A stretch of DNA of 36,052 nt from a virus (Duplodnaviria > Caudoviricetes). This document shows positions 35,977 through 36,052 of the stretch, in pieces (positions within the stretch are counted from its first letter, which is position 1; each line of letters begins with the position of its first letter). The stretch spans positions 1 to 36,052 of the IMG/VR virus record IMGVR_UViG_3300031950_000004; one strand, given 5' to 3'. The notes beneath the pieces are model-generated. The model saw only the letters and a list, made by a program, of their open reading frames with translations. It searched no databases and had not been told where the DNA came from. Position numbers and translations under genes: made by a program.

Positions 35977-36052
35977 TTTGCACCTCCGAAAAAAAAATCT
36001 AAAGAAATTATACTTTAGGTTTTTGTGGAAACGGTAATTTCATCACATCCAC
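35871..36052 (+). repeat. Terminal direct repeat, copy 2
   Basis: Matches 1-183 with one fewer A. Confidence 0.97.

Larger units (their letters stand above)
1..36052. mobile_element. Apparently complete tailed dsDNA bacteriophage genome (siphovirus-like, probably lytic)
   Basis: Full set of packaging, head, tail, lysis and replication genes; ends overlap by ~182 bp; no host genes, integrase or sheath recognised. Confidence 0.95.

Overview
The window looks like one complete, circularly closed genome (~35.87 kb unique) of a tailed dsDNA phage of siphovirus type. Bases 1-183 repeat at 35871-36052, differing by one A in a homopolymer. I found no integrase, recognisable repressor, tRNA or CRISPR array, so a lytic lifestyle is inferred. 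Layout: (i) a minus-strand morphogenesis operon running terS?, terL, portal, MuF-ADP-ribosyltransferase fusion, gp10-like, protease, HK97 capsid, cement, connector, tail terminator, tail tube, frameshifted chaperone, tape measure, distal tail/hub and two beta-helix fibre genes, then continuing across the junction into holin, a membrane protein and an M23/SH3 endolysin; (ii) a non-coding control region with 13 CCATGG palindromes, a probable origin or packaging site; (iii) two clusters of small early genes driven by three copies of a ~75-bp promoter cassette with 11-bp-phased hexamers; (iv) a plus-strand replication operon with SNF2-like helicase, Cas4-like nuclease, Sak4-like ATPase, SSB, RuvC-like resolvase, flavoprotein, DUF1599/Nmad1-like protein, atypical ThyX, PolA and an AEP primase-helicase. 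The best candidates for novelty are the putative DNA base-modification cassette, the virion-linked MuF-ART with a nested in-frame small gene, the phased-hexamer promoter regulon and the CCATGG array. All product calls come from motif recognition by eye; no database search was run. The host is not determined, but the lack of recognisable spanins suggests a monoderm.
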